A DNA stretch of 64,000 nucleotides from Octopus sinensis (taxonomy: Eukaryota), in NCBI RefSeq assembly GCF_006345805.1, contig NC_043010.1:57102001-57166000 (forward strand). Direction: 5' to 3'. Below the pieces are notes generated by a model. It was not told where the DNA came from. It did no database searches and worked only from the letters and a program-made list of their open reading frames with translations. Below are positions 37,101 to 48,465 of this stretch, one piece after another. Each line of letters begins with the position of its first letter. The first letter of the stretch is position 1. The translations under genes and the position numbers were made by a program.

Positions 37101-40100
37101 GGTAGACCCAGGAAGACCTGGGATGAGGTGGTGAAGCATGAAGAGGTAGACCCAGGAAGACCTGGGATGAGGTGGTGAAGCATGAAGGTAGACCCAGGAA
37201 GACCTGGGATGAGTGGTGAAGCATGAAGAGGTAGACCCAGGAAGACCTGGGATGAGGTGTGAAGCATGAAGAGGTAGACCCAGGAAGACCTGGGATGAGG
37301 TGGTGAAGCATGAAGAGGTAGACCCAGGAAGACCTGGGATGAGGTGGTGAAGCATGAAGAGGTAGACCCAGGAAGACCTGGGATGAGGTGGTGAAGCATG
37401 AAGAGGTAGACCCAGGAAGACCTGGGATGAGGTGGTGAAGCATGAAGAGGTAGACCCAGGAAGACCTGGGATGAGGTGGTGAAGCATGAAGAGGTAGACC
37501 CAGGAAGACCTGGGATGAGGTGGTGAAGCATGAAGAGGTAGACCCAGGAAGACCTGGGATGAGGTGGTGAAGCATGAAGAGTAGACCCAGAAGACCTGGG
37601 ATGAGGTGGTGAAGCATGAAGAGGTAGACCCAGGAAGACCTGGGATGAGGTGTGAAGCATGAAGAGGTAGACCCAGGAAGACCTGGGATGAGGTGGTGAA
37701 GCATGAAGAGGTAGAGACCCAGGAAGACCTGGGATGAGGTGGTGAAGCATGAAGAGGTAGACCCAGGAACCTGGGATGAGGTGGTGAAGCATGAAGAGGT
37801 AGACCCAGGAAGACCTGGGATGAGGTGGTGAAGCATGAAGAGGTAGACCCAGGAAGACCTGGGATGAGGTGGTGAAGCATGAAGAGGTAGACCAGGAAGA
37901 CCTGGGATGAGGTGGTGAAGCATGAAGAGGTAGACCCAGGAAGACCTGGGATGAGGTGGTGAAGCATGAAGAGGTAGACCCAGGAAGACCTGGGATGTGG
38001 TGAAGCATGAAGAGGTAGACCCAGAAGACCTGGGATGAGGTGGTGAAGCATGAAGAGGTAGACCCAGGAAGACCTGGGATGAGGTGGTGAAGCATGAAGA
38101 GGTAGACCAAGGAAGACCTGGGATGAGGTAGTGAAGCATGAAGAGGTAGACCCAGAAAGACTGGGATGAGGTGGTGAAGCATGAAGAGGTAGACCCAGGA
38201 AGACCTGGGATGAGGTGGTGAAGCATGAAGAGGTAGACCCAGGAAGACCTGGGATGAGGTGGTGAAGCATGAAGAGGTAGACCCAGGAAGACCTGGGATG
38301 AGGTGGTGAAGCATGAAGAGGTAGACCCAGGAAGACCTGGGATGAGGTGGTGAAGCATGAAGAGGTAGACCCAGGAAGACCTGGGATGAGGTGGTGAAGC
38401 ATGAAGAGGTAGACCCAGAAGACCTGGGATGAGGTGGTGAAGCATGAAGAGGTAGCCCAGGAAGACCTGGGATGAGGTGGTGAAGCATGAAGAGGTAGAC
38501 CCAGGAGACCTGGGATGAGGTGGTGAAGCATGAAGAGGTAGACCCAGAAGACCTGGGATGAGGTGGTGAAGCATGAAGAGGTAGACCCAGGAAGACCTGG
38601 GATGAGGTGGTGAAGCATGAAGAGGTAGACCCAGGAAGACCTGGGATGAGGTGGTGAAGCATGAAGAGGTAGACCCAGGAAGACCTGGGATGAGGTGTGT
38701 GAAGCATGAAGAGGTAGACCCAGGAAGACCTGGGATGAGGTGGTGAAGCATGAAGAGGTAGACCCAGGAGACCTGGGATGAGGTGGTGAAGCATGAAGAG
38801 GTAGACCCAGGAAGCCTGGGATGAGGTGGTGAAGCATGAAGAGGTAGACCCAGGAAGACCTGGGATGAGGTGGTGAAGCATGAAGAGGTAGACCCAGGAA
38901 GACCTGGGATGAGGTGGTGAAGCATGAAGAGGTAGACCCAGGAAGACCTGGGATGAGGTGGTGAAGCATGAAGAGGTAGACCCAGGAAGACCTGGGATGA
39001 GGTGGTGAAGCATGAAGAGGTAGACCCAGGAAGACCTGGGATGAGGTGGTGAAGCATGAAGAGGTAGACCCAGGAAGACCTGGGATGAGGTGGTGAAGCA
39101 TGAAGAGGTAGACCCAGGAAGACCTGGGATGAGGGGTGAAGCATGAAGAGGTAGACCCAGGAAGACCTGGGATGAGGTGGTGAAGCATGAAGAGGTAGAC
39201 CCAGGAAGACCTGGGATGAGGTGGTGAAGCATGAAGAGGTAGACCCAGGAAGACCTGGGATGAGGTGGTGAAGCATGAAGAGGTAGACCCAGGAATTCCT
39301 GGGATGAGGTGGTGAAGCATGAAGAGGTAGACCCAGGAAGACCTGGGATGAGGTGGTGAAGCATGAAGAGGTAGACCCAGGAAGACCTGGGATGAGGTGG
39401 TGAAGCATGAAGAGGTAGACCCAGAAGACCTGGGATGAGGTGGTGAAGCATGAAGAGGTGACGCCAGGAAGACCTGGGATGAGGTGGTGAAGCATGAAGA
39501 GGTAGACCCAGGAAGACCTGGGATGAGGTGGTGAAGCATGAAGAGGTAGACCCAGGAAGATCCTGGATGAGGTGGTGAAGCATGAAGAGGTAGACCCAGG
39601 AAGACCTGGGATGAGGTGGTGAAGCATGAAGAGGTAGACCCAGGAAGACCTGGGATGAGGTGGTGAAGCATGAAGAGGTAGACCCAGGAAGACCTGGGAT
39701 GAGGTGGTGAAGCATGAAGAGGTAGACCCAGGAAGACCTGGGATGAGGTGGTGAAGCATGAAGAGGTAGACCCAGGAAGATCTGGGATGAGGTGGTGAAG
39801 CATGAAGGTAGACCCAGGAAGACCTGATGAGGTGGTGAAGCATGAAGAGGTAGACCCAGGAAGACCTGGGATGAGGTGGTGAAGCATGAAGAGGTAGACC
39901 CAGGAAGACCTGGGATGAGGTGGTGAAGCATGAAGAGGTAGACCCAGGAAGACCTGGGATGAGGTGGTGAAGCATGAAGAGGTAGACCCAGGAAGACCTG
40001 GGATGAGGTGGTGAAGCATGAAGAGGTAGACCCAGGAAGACCTGGGATGAGGTGGTGAAGCATGAAGAGGTAGACCCAGGAAGACCTGGGATGAGGTGGT

Positions 40101-41260
40101 GAAGCATGAAGAGGTAGACCCAGGAAGACCTGGGATGAGGTGGTGAAGCATGAAGAGGTAGACCCAGGAAGACCTGGGATGAGGTGGTGAAGCATGAAGA
40201 GGTAGACCCAGGAAGACCTGGGATGAGGTGGTGAAGCATGAAGAGGTAGACCCAGGAAGATCTGGGATGAGGTGGTGAAGCATGAAGAGGTAGACCCAGG
40301 AAGACCTGGGATGAGGTGGTGAAGCATGAAGAGGTAGACCCAGGAAGACCTGGGATGAGGTGGTGAAGCATGAAGAGGTAGACCCAGGAAGACCTGGGAT
40401 GAGGTGGTGAAGCATGAAGAGGTAGACCCAGGAAGACCTGGGATGAGGTGGTGAAGCATGAAGAGGTAGACCCAGGAAGACCTGGGATGAGGTGGTGAAG
40501 CATGAAGAGGTAGACCCAGGAAGACCTGGGATGAGGTGGTGAAGCATGAAGAGGTAGACCCAGGAATTCCTGGGATGAGGTGGTGAAGCATGAAGAGGTA
40601 GACCCAGGAAGACCTGGGATGAGGTGGTGAAGCATGAAGAGGTAGACCCAGGAAGACCTGGGATGAGGTGGTGAAGCATGAAGAGGTAGACCCAGGAAGA
40701 CCTGGGATGAGGTGGTGAAGCATGAAGAGGTAGACCCAGGAAGACCTGGGATGAGGTGGTGAAGCATGAAGAGGTAGACCCAGGAAGACCTGGGATGAGG
40801 TGGTGAAGCATGAAGAGGTAGACCCGGAAGACCTGGGATGAGGTGGTGAAGCATGAAGAGGTAGACCCAGAAGACCTGGGATGAGGTGGTGAAGCATGAA
40901 GAGGTAGACCCAGAAGACCTGGGATGAGGTGGTGAAGCATGAAGAGGTAGACCCAGGAAGATCTGGGATGAGGTGGTGAAGCATGAAGAGGTAGACCCAG
41001 GAAGACCTGGGATGAGGTGGTGAAGCATGAAGAGGTAGACCCAGGAGACCTGGGATGAGGTGGTGAAGCATGAAGAGGTATACCCAGGAAGACCTGGGAT
41101 GAGGTGGTGAAGCATGAAGAGGTAGACCCAGGAAGACCTGGGATGAGGTGGTGAAGCATGAAAGGTAGACCCAGGAATTCCTGGGATGAGGTGGTGAAGC
41201 ATGAAGAGGTAGACCCAGGAAGACCTGGGATGAGGTGGTGAAGCATGAAGAGGTAGAACC
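31181..41260 (+). repeat. 10-kb satellite array of a 44-bp RTE-derived monomer (about 230 copies)
   Basis: Consensus AGAGGTAGACCCAGGAAGACCTGGGATGAGGTGGTGAAGCATGA, head to tail without spacers; 41/44 identical to RTE positions 10049-10092. Confidence 0.98.
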
Positions 41261-41600
41261 GTATACAATATGATAGTAAGTTATATGTGGGTGCAACAAA
41301 AAACAATATGAAACAGAGACTTAATTGTTGTAACTTTACATTTAGAAACAGAATTAGGAGAAATTCTACAGGGTTAAGTAGCTACATATGGGAACTTAAG
41401 AATGGGGGAATTAATTATAATTTACAAATTAATATCAGCACCTGCGTACAATAATAAAAATAGAAAATGTTTATTATGCTTTAATGAAATACTTTTTCTA
41501 ATTGGGGCTAAACTTCCGCTTATTAACAACTGTAAGGGACATAAAGTTTTCTGTCTTCATAAAATTGGGTATACCTTTTCCAAATACATATAGAACCTAG
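41261..41600 (+). mobile_element. Penelope-like element GIY-YIG endonuclease remnant abutting the satellite
   Basis: KLYVGATKNNMKQR...RNSTGLSSYIWELKN..INYN [frameshift] ISAPAYNNKNRKCLLCFNE matches the PLE pattern YIG.T...K.R / NST.LS.YIW.LK / Y.N....C.LC..E. Confidence 0.75.
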
Positions 41601-41692
41601 TATTAAAATACCCCAACTGACATAATAATAATTATTTAGAGTTAACCATTGTTACTATATATATTGTATTATGTAATATGGGATAATTATGC

Positions 41693-41735
<43 letters not shown>

Positions 41736-41850
41736 TATATAAGAAGTATATATTAAGTTAGATATAATTATATAATTATATACATACATGTATACGGGAG
41801 TATTTATTACTATAGATACTACTTCTGCATTTATATATCGAAATAAATAT

Positions 41851-42133
41851 CAAATGGAAATTGTAGTTGTGATACCTGTGCCGGTGGTATGTAAAAAGCA
41901 CCATCCGAATGTGACCAATGCCAGCGCTGTCCTGACTGGCTTCCATGCTGGTGGCACATAAAAAGCACCCACTACACTCATGGAGTGGTTGGCGTTAGGA
42001 AGGGCATCCAGCTGTAGAAACACTGCCAGATTAGACTGGTGCCTGGTGCAGCCTCCTGGCTTCCCAGACACCGGACGAACTGTCCAACCCATACTAGTGT
42101 GGAAAGCGGATGTTAAACGATGATGGTGATGAT
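41851..42133 (+). mobile_element. RTE 3' UTR fragment
   Basis: atcaaatggaaattgtagttgtgatacctgtgccggtgg...gatgttaaacgatgatgg, homologous to 10345-10690. Confidence 0.88.
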
Positions 42134-42708
42134 TATGTATATGAATATAGACTATGATATGCAACCCCATTATAGAACCAATGGTTGGATTGATTGATTG
42201 ATTAATTAGTTAATCAATTAATGAATTCATAATTTAATTGATTGGTTGGCTGATTAATAAGTTGAGCTAATTAAATCTAGAGCTACCTCCCTTGGTTTTA
42301 TTTATAAATAAACCCCGAACTCCACGGCATCTCTTAAATATAACATTAAAAGTAATTAGATAAATAAATAGATGGATAGATATTTTGAAGGACTAAATGA
42401 CTTAGGGGTTTATTAATTAATTGACTTAACAATATTACTTGGAATCTTGCATTTTAGGCATTTTGTCAGATATAATAGATTTGAAGGAATTTTGAGCGTA
42501 ATTTTACACCCAAAATAAACATGTTGAGACAATATATACGGTCACTTTTGATGTTTTATCCCTCCTTTGAGTTTGGTCCAACTGGCTTCCGGCATGTATT
42601 TTTAACCATATGGTACCCATATAAGTTAGTAAATATATTAATGATTTCCCTAGTTAGACTTATACATGTAATATTTTATAAGGGTCTTTTAAAATAAATT
42701 TGTAATAC

Positions 42709-43355
42709 AGCCAGGATCCCTGGCCTGGTGGTACGTAAAAAGCACTATCCGACTCGGGGCCGTGGCACGTAAAATACTCCAATGCGACCGTACGACAGGC
42801 ACCCATGCCAACCCCCTTTGCTTGTGAAGACATGTTGGGGCAAGCGAAATCGAAATCGAATTGAACCAGCCAGGATCCCTGGTCTGGTGGTACGTAAAAA
42901 GCACTATCCGACTCGTGGCCGTGGCACGTAAAATACTCCAATGCGACCGTACGACTGGCACCCTTGCCAACCCCCTTTGCTTGTGAAGACATGTTGGGGC
43001 AAGCGAAATCGAAATCGAATTGAACCAGCCAGAATCCCTGGTCTGGTGGTACGTAAAAAGCACTATCCGACTCGTGGCCGATGCCAGCACCGCCTCGACT
43101 GGCTTCCGTGCCGGTGGCACATAAAATACACCAATCTGACTGTGGCCGTTGCCAGCCCCGCCTGGCACCTGTGCAGGTGGCACGTAAAAAGCACCCACTA
43201 CACTCACGGAGTGGTTGGCGTTAGGAAGGGCATCCAGCTGTAGAAACATTGCCAAATTAGACTGGAGCCTGGTGCAGCCTTCTGGCTTCCCAGAACCCCG
43301 GTCGAACCGTCCAACCCATGCTAGCATGGAGAACGGACGTTAAACGACGATGATT
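42709..43355 (+). mobile_element. Young RTE 3' UTR copy with 2.3 tandem copies of a 159-bp unit
   Basis: Units start at 42709, 42868 and 43027 (agccaggatccctgg...gaaatcgaattgaacc); CpG-rich; canonical tail acggacgttaaacgacgatg. Confidence 0.9.
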
Positions 43356-43611
43356 ATCTCTCATATGCATTATATTAAAATAATATCCCCTTAGTATATC
43401 ACTTTAACCTTAAATTCATATATATATATATATATATACCGTTGTGTCTGGGGAGAGTCATTTTCTTTTTGTGCCTTATAATGTAACACACTCACCGGTG
43501 AAATTTCCACTTCTTTCTTATTTTTATTTTCCTAAAATTTTCGTTGCATCTTGCAGCCTAATCAATAGTCTTGATGTATGCATATGTATTTATGTACATG
43601 TATATGAAAGA

Positions 43612-43649
<38 letters not shown>

Positions 43650-44537
43650 GAGAGACTGAGTGAGTGCCACTTACACATGCATGCAAAAAAAAATACATAC
43701 ATGACAACACACACCTTCACTCACTCACTCTCTTTCTCATGCACATATACATGCGCATGCACACACACATCCATTTCATATACACGTACATACATCATTC
43801 TCTTTTTCTTCCCCTTCACTTTCTACTCTCACTCCAAAGCATATGTCACCATTTCACTTTCTTTTCTCTTTCAATTTCTGCTCTCTTCAAAGCATGAAGA
43901 AATGAACATTTTTACGGAAATTAATGATTACATTCGAAAACTGAGTTGTTTATTAGCATTGAGAATTAACTATTCGTTATTTGCTTATTTACATAAAAGT
44001 GATAAACAAGAAAAACCTTTACACACTGGATGGAGAGGATTGAACGAAATACCGTGTGGCATTTAGTTACATGTCTCTACGTTATGAGTCCAAGGTGCAT
44101 TTTGATCTTTCGTCCTTCTGCCATTGATCAAATAACTATCATATAAATGAAATATTTGCCTGTTAAAGCAGACTCGAATCTGGTAGAATCGAAACTGGTG
44201 GCTTTGGGCTACGAAAATAGCATTATTTAAGAGTTGTTTCCCTTGCGTTAGATAACTGCTAGAATACAGAACCAGTGGCAAGTATGCGTGTGTATGTGTA
44301 TTCGTTCGCTTTGGTGGATTAAGCTTTAGGTGAGGGTGCGCCGGAAGTAACCAGCGCTGAATGGAAAAGCAGTGGGTTTTGAAATTATAAAACTGGAGTG
44401 ACTAAATTCCAATTACTGGATTTTCTAAAAGATGAAAAACATTTTTTATTAACTGCCAGAATAGCAGACGAAATTTTTAATTTCATCATAAAAAAAAATC
44501 TTTACCACGCTTAATAATTTCACTCATTCAAATACTC

Positions 44538-44572
<35 letters not shown>

Positions 44573-44629
44573 TCTCTCTCTTTCCCTCCCTCTCTCTCTC
44601 TCTCTCCCCCCTCTCCCCCTCTCCCTCTC

Positions 44630-44830
44630 AATCTTTTATTCTTTTACTTGTTTCAGTCATTTAGACTGGAGAACTACTTCAAAGGGTTTTAGTTGAACAA
44701 ATCCTGGTTACTTTTTAAGCCGAGTACTTATTCTATCAGTCTCTTTTGCTGCTAAGTTACAGGGACACAAACACACCAATGCAGGTTGTTAAGTGGTGAT
44801 GGGGGACAAACACAGACACAAACACACACA
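44630..44830 (-). mobile_element. SINE family A 3' part
   Basis: ttttacttgtttcagtcattt...agtacttattctatcagtctcttttgct...aagttacagggac. Confidence 0.8.
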
Positions 44831-44904
44831 CACACATATAAAAATATATATACATACATACATAGGTATATATATATATATAAATAGTATTAATTATCCA
44901 TCAT

Positions 44905-45640
44905 GGCTGATCTTACGGATCAGTTTCGCGTAAAGAATACAATAGAGTGTTAGGTAACAATCCGATTATATAACTTTATGCTCATCAGAGATAGCCGATA
45001 CAGAAAGGAATACGGCAACTGCTCTCTATTGTCAAAGGTTTATTAGCACAACCAGTCAGTGGCTGCTGTGTAAAAGGTGTTGAAATGAAAAAGGGTCCAG
45101 GGAATTAAGTAAGGAGTTATGTCCCTTGGTTGGGTATGCTGGGAAGCTGGTATGACCTATCTTGAAGTGGGGTAAGTGTGTATTATCAATGTGGTATCAC
45201 TGCAGGGATGGGGTGTGTGGTATGTGTAGGGGTGTCATATGTATAACTCTTTCCAGGGGTGTAAGTATATATAGCTGGGTTCACTGGTCTGTTTTCTTTC
45301 TGTAAAAGATAAAGTCATGGGATGGTTATATTAGGGTGCAGTGTGTAATGTGTAATGTGTGTATGTGGGGGTCTGTGTATATGCAGGGGTATGTATTGGG
45401 AGTGACGGGGATAGTTGTTTGTGAGGTGTTCACTTTGTAGGGGTGGTCATGTGTATACATGGATGCATTGGTGTATGCTTTGGTTAAACTCTTTTTGCTG
45501 TGTCAAGGGCATTGATGGAAAGTTGTTTGTGGAAGGTCGAAGTAGGGGATCCCCTGTGGGAGCCCCTGCCTCGTTCTGCACATCCCAGTCATGGTGGGAT
45601 GTGCAGATATGATAGAATGTACTTCCTTTCATGCAGGAAA
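44905..45640 (-). mobile_element. Possible Penelope-like terminal region with a degenerate hammerhead motif
   Basis: Low-complexity acaccc-rich minus strand followed by CTGATGAG...CGAAAC-TGATC-loop-GATCAG (44996->44905). Confidence 0.35.
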
Positions 45641-45668
45641 GGACTAAACATCTCACTCCTGCTTTTCA

Positions 45669-45716
<48 letters not shown>

Positions 45717-46273
45717 CATATGGTGGCTGCCCCCTCGTTATCGAGTATGGCCATTGCACGAAGCTTAATCAATGTTGTTACTGTGCAATGCCTGTGCAAG
45801 AAGATTTTTTTTAAGTGAGGAAAGGCTGTGCACAGAGTCAATCCCACTCACTAAGCAACAGCAGCCATAATCTGAAAAGAAGAACAAGTCAACATCATCG
45901 GTAACCACTGAGCCGCAAGTTTTATGTCGGAGTTATCCTAGTTACCTGAGTTACCTTCTCCTAGAAGGATGCCCTAACAAAGGCTAGGAGTCCTTCACTC
46001 CCAATGGTTTAACCACACGATTGGGCATTCAGTCCGATTATTTCTATGTCCCCGTGCATGATACAGCGTTAAGACATTTATTGGATGGCTGTTGACTCTC
46101 AAGAGTTCCTCCGCCCTTTGAGGGGTTTTGCTTTTCATCCCGCAGGGTGTCCAATAAACACCCTCCTCACCAAGCAAGCTTGGTGGGGTTGCTGGTTTAG
46201 TCACCGACGACCCAACCATGCAATAGGTTGTACTGGGTTGTATGTTACCAGTAGCACTCGAAAGTGACCTGAC

Positions 46274-46303
<30 letters not shown>

Positions 46304-46307
<4 letters not shown>

Positions 46308-46429
46308 TAATTGTTATCGCCATATTAATATGACAGTCTTATAGATATAAGACTAAAGCTGTCGCTGATTAGCTCCATGAGGCCATCGCCTTAAGACTGT
46401 CATATTAATATGGCGATAACAATTAATTT
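46304..46429. repeat. 38-bp perfect inverted repeat around a 50-bp spacer
   Basis: 46304-46341 aaattaattgttatcgccatattaatatgacagtctta is the reverse complement of 46392-46429. Confidence 0.95.
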
Positions 46430-46482
46430 CCAGTAACGCTACCGTAATCTCTTTTAGAGAGACTTAGTAATTTTAATATTTC

Positions 46483-46530
<48 letters not shown>

Positions 46531-46535
<5 letters not shown>

Positions 46536-46921
46536 CATACACATGTAAATATAGGGATCAAAACAGCTTGATTCAAATTCGTTGGTACTCTGAATTTCAA
46601 GAGTGCTGCTAGTCTTTAGCTATTTTGAATTTGAATGAAACAAGTTGGTTGTTATTACCATAAGGTGGGCTGTGATTGGTTGAGGAAAGTCATGCAGTAT
46701 TGTGGTTTGATGTTGGTATATCAGTATATCAGTGACCTATATACCAACATCAAACTACAACACCACCTGACCTCCCTCGACCAATCGCAGCCCAACTTAT
46801 GGTAATAATAATCACCTTTCGTTCAAATTCAAAATGGCTGAAGACTAGCATCATGCTTGAAACTCAGAGTACCCACAAATTTGAGTCAAACAGTTTTCAT
46901 CCATATATTTATATGTATATA

Positions 46922-46925
<4 letters not shown>
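46531..46925. mobile_element. Fold-back MITE-like element (about 190-bp imperfect arms) inserted in (TA)n
   Basis: Arms pair throughout (e.g. gtggtttgatgttggtatat / atataccaacatcaaactac; ttggtactctgaatttcaag / cttgaaactcagagtaccca); (TA)n on both sides. Confidence 0.85.
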
Positions 46926-46975
<50 letters not shown>

Positions 46976-47624
46976 TAGATACATGTGAGTATATACAGAG
47001 GTGGATCTACCATAAAACTAATGAAGCCTAAGCTTCAGGGGCCCCTAATCCTGGAGGAGTCCCTCTGAAGCAACTTAATTTTTTCATTCTATCAATATAT
47101 TTTTGTTTTTGTATTTTGCCATACAGATTATTGTCCCCAGTCTCGGTGGATGTCATCTCACACTCCTAGGCAGAGTCTAGATATGCCATGTCTAGCCACG
47201 AGTTGTGCACCTGTTGTTCCTGCTGCTGTGGAGTAGCATAAAAATTAAAAGTACAGAATGACTTGCAGATAATTTGCTTTACTTGAATTATTTTGGAAAC
47301 TTTGGCCCTGCCCCTCCCATTGTCAAATATGTCTACTTCTACTACTACTACTACTACTACTCTGGTAGAGATAAGAATTCTTATTTTCACACCATTACTT
47401 AAAGACCAATGGAAAGGTTTGCCTCCTAATTTTGGACTTACAATCTGTTCAGTAACAAAGCAATTTTTCTCCTTTAAAAATTGCCAGGGTCAGTTGCACC
47501 CAACGCACTTTGCAAAGGGCTTTCAGTGCATTGGCTGCATCTTGCTGTGTTACCAGCACCAGACAGGTTGTCATGTCTTTCGCAGGGAAAAATGGTTTAT
47601 CTGTCTGTCTGTCTGTCTATCTAT

Positions 47625-47870
47625 TCTTTTACTTGTTTCACTCATTGACTGGGATACAACCTTCAAGGGTTTAAGGTGATTAAATTGACCCCAGGACTTA
47701 TTTTGAGTCTGGTACTTTTTAGTCTCTTTTAGCCAAGCTACTAAGTTATAAGGGACATGAACAAACCCTGCTTGTGAAGCAGTGAGAGACGGACATAAAC
47801 AAAGATGCACACACACACACACACACGTATATATGATGGGTTTCTGCACAATTTCTGTCAATCAAATGCA
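47625..47870 (-). mobile_element. SINE family A 3' part, decayed
   Basis: ttcttttacttgtttcactcattgactg...aagttataagggac. Confidence 0.7.
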
Positions 47871-48188
47871 CTCAGCTGTTTGTACAACTGTGTGTGTGTG
47901 TGTGTGTGTGTGTATTCATTGCATTAGTGATTTGCTGAACAAAATGCCTTGTGTTAAGTTCAAACCTCCTCTTTGAGTTTAAGTCTCATCCAAGGTGATA
48001 CATTTATTATTCTTTTAGGTTTTATAAAAGAAGTCTGAGTTAATTGCTTTCATGTTGGATCCCTGTGACCTGCTACATTCATAACTTTGTTCTGACATTT
48101 GTTTGGTGAAGGGAGGCGAGAGGGCAACTAGAATCAGGACATGGCTGGGCCTCATTCTCAACTTAAACTGTTAAAAGTTTGGGAATTC

Positions 48189-48325
48189 ACTATTTTTAAA
48201 TCTCACAACGAGATATATTCAGCAACAGTACTTTAGAGTAAAGGTTGTAGTAAACAATCTTCACTACAATCTTTACTCCAAAGTACTATTGCTGAATATC
48301 TCTCGTTGTGAGATTCAAAAATAGT
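48189..48325. repeat. Fold-back with about 62-bp imperfect arms
   Basis: actatttttaaatctcacaacgag...ggttgtagt pairs with actacaatc...ctcgttgtgagattcaaaaatagt. Confidence 0.88.
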
Positions 48326-48422
48326 AATGTTCTTGTTTATAGATCAATGACTAATTGTCACTTTGAAAACCATATATTTTGAACGGGAGTTTGGCAGCGC
48401 CACCTCTAGCTGAATGATTATT

Positions 48423-48465
48423 CTGTGCTGATGAAGGGAAATAACCCAAAAATTGTGATACGCAG
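48423..48465 (+). ncRNA. Decayed minimal type I hammerhead ribozyme (probably inactive)
   Basis: CTGTG CTGATGA AGGG-aaataa-CCC AAAA ATTGTGAT A CGCAG: stem I CTGTG/CGCAG and CUGAUGA intact; GAAA reads AAAA; stem III reads as ATCGCGAT after CpG decay. Confidence 0.55.

Noticed and set aside
31181-41260. CRISPR array interpretation of the 44-bp repeats
   Set aside because: Units are head to tail with no unique spacers, there are no cas genes, and the context is eukaryotic.
31058-41306. Giant minus-strand ORFs (3404, 2722, 2536 aa and others)
   Set aside because: The plus-strand monomer contains no TTA, CTA or TCA, so all three antisense frames are stop-free by construction; 44 nt x 3 gives the 44-aa pseudo-repeat, and indels switch frames freely. 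ORFs end only where a variant creates TCA. No evidence of coding selection.
42300-42700. Possible Penelope RT remnant (VTFDVLSLL)
   Set aside because: One short motif amid many stops; not enough to call.
45725-45770. U6 snRNA-like stretch (agtatggccattgcacgaag)
   Set aside because: Only a short partial match with no other U6 motifs; more likely part of a LINE 5' UTR-type repeat spanning about 45720-46270.
47166-47679. ORFs on both strands with Cys-containing segments
   Set aside because: No consistent splice sites or recognisable domain; they begin in (ACT)n and end in a SINE.
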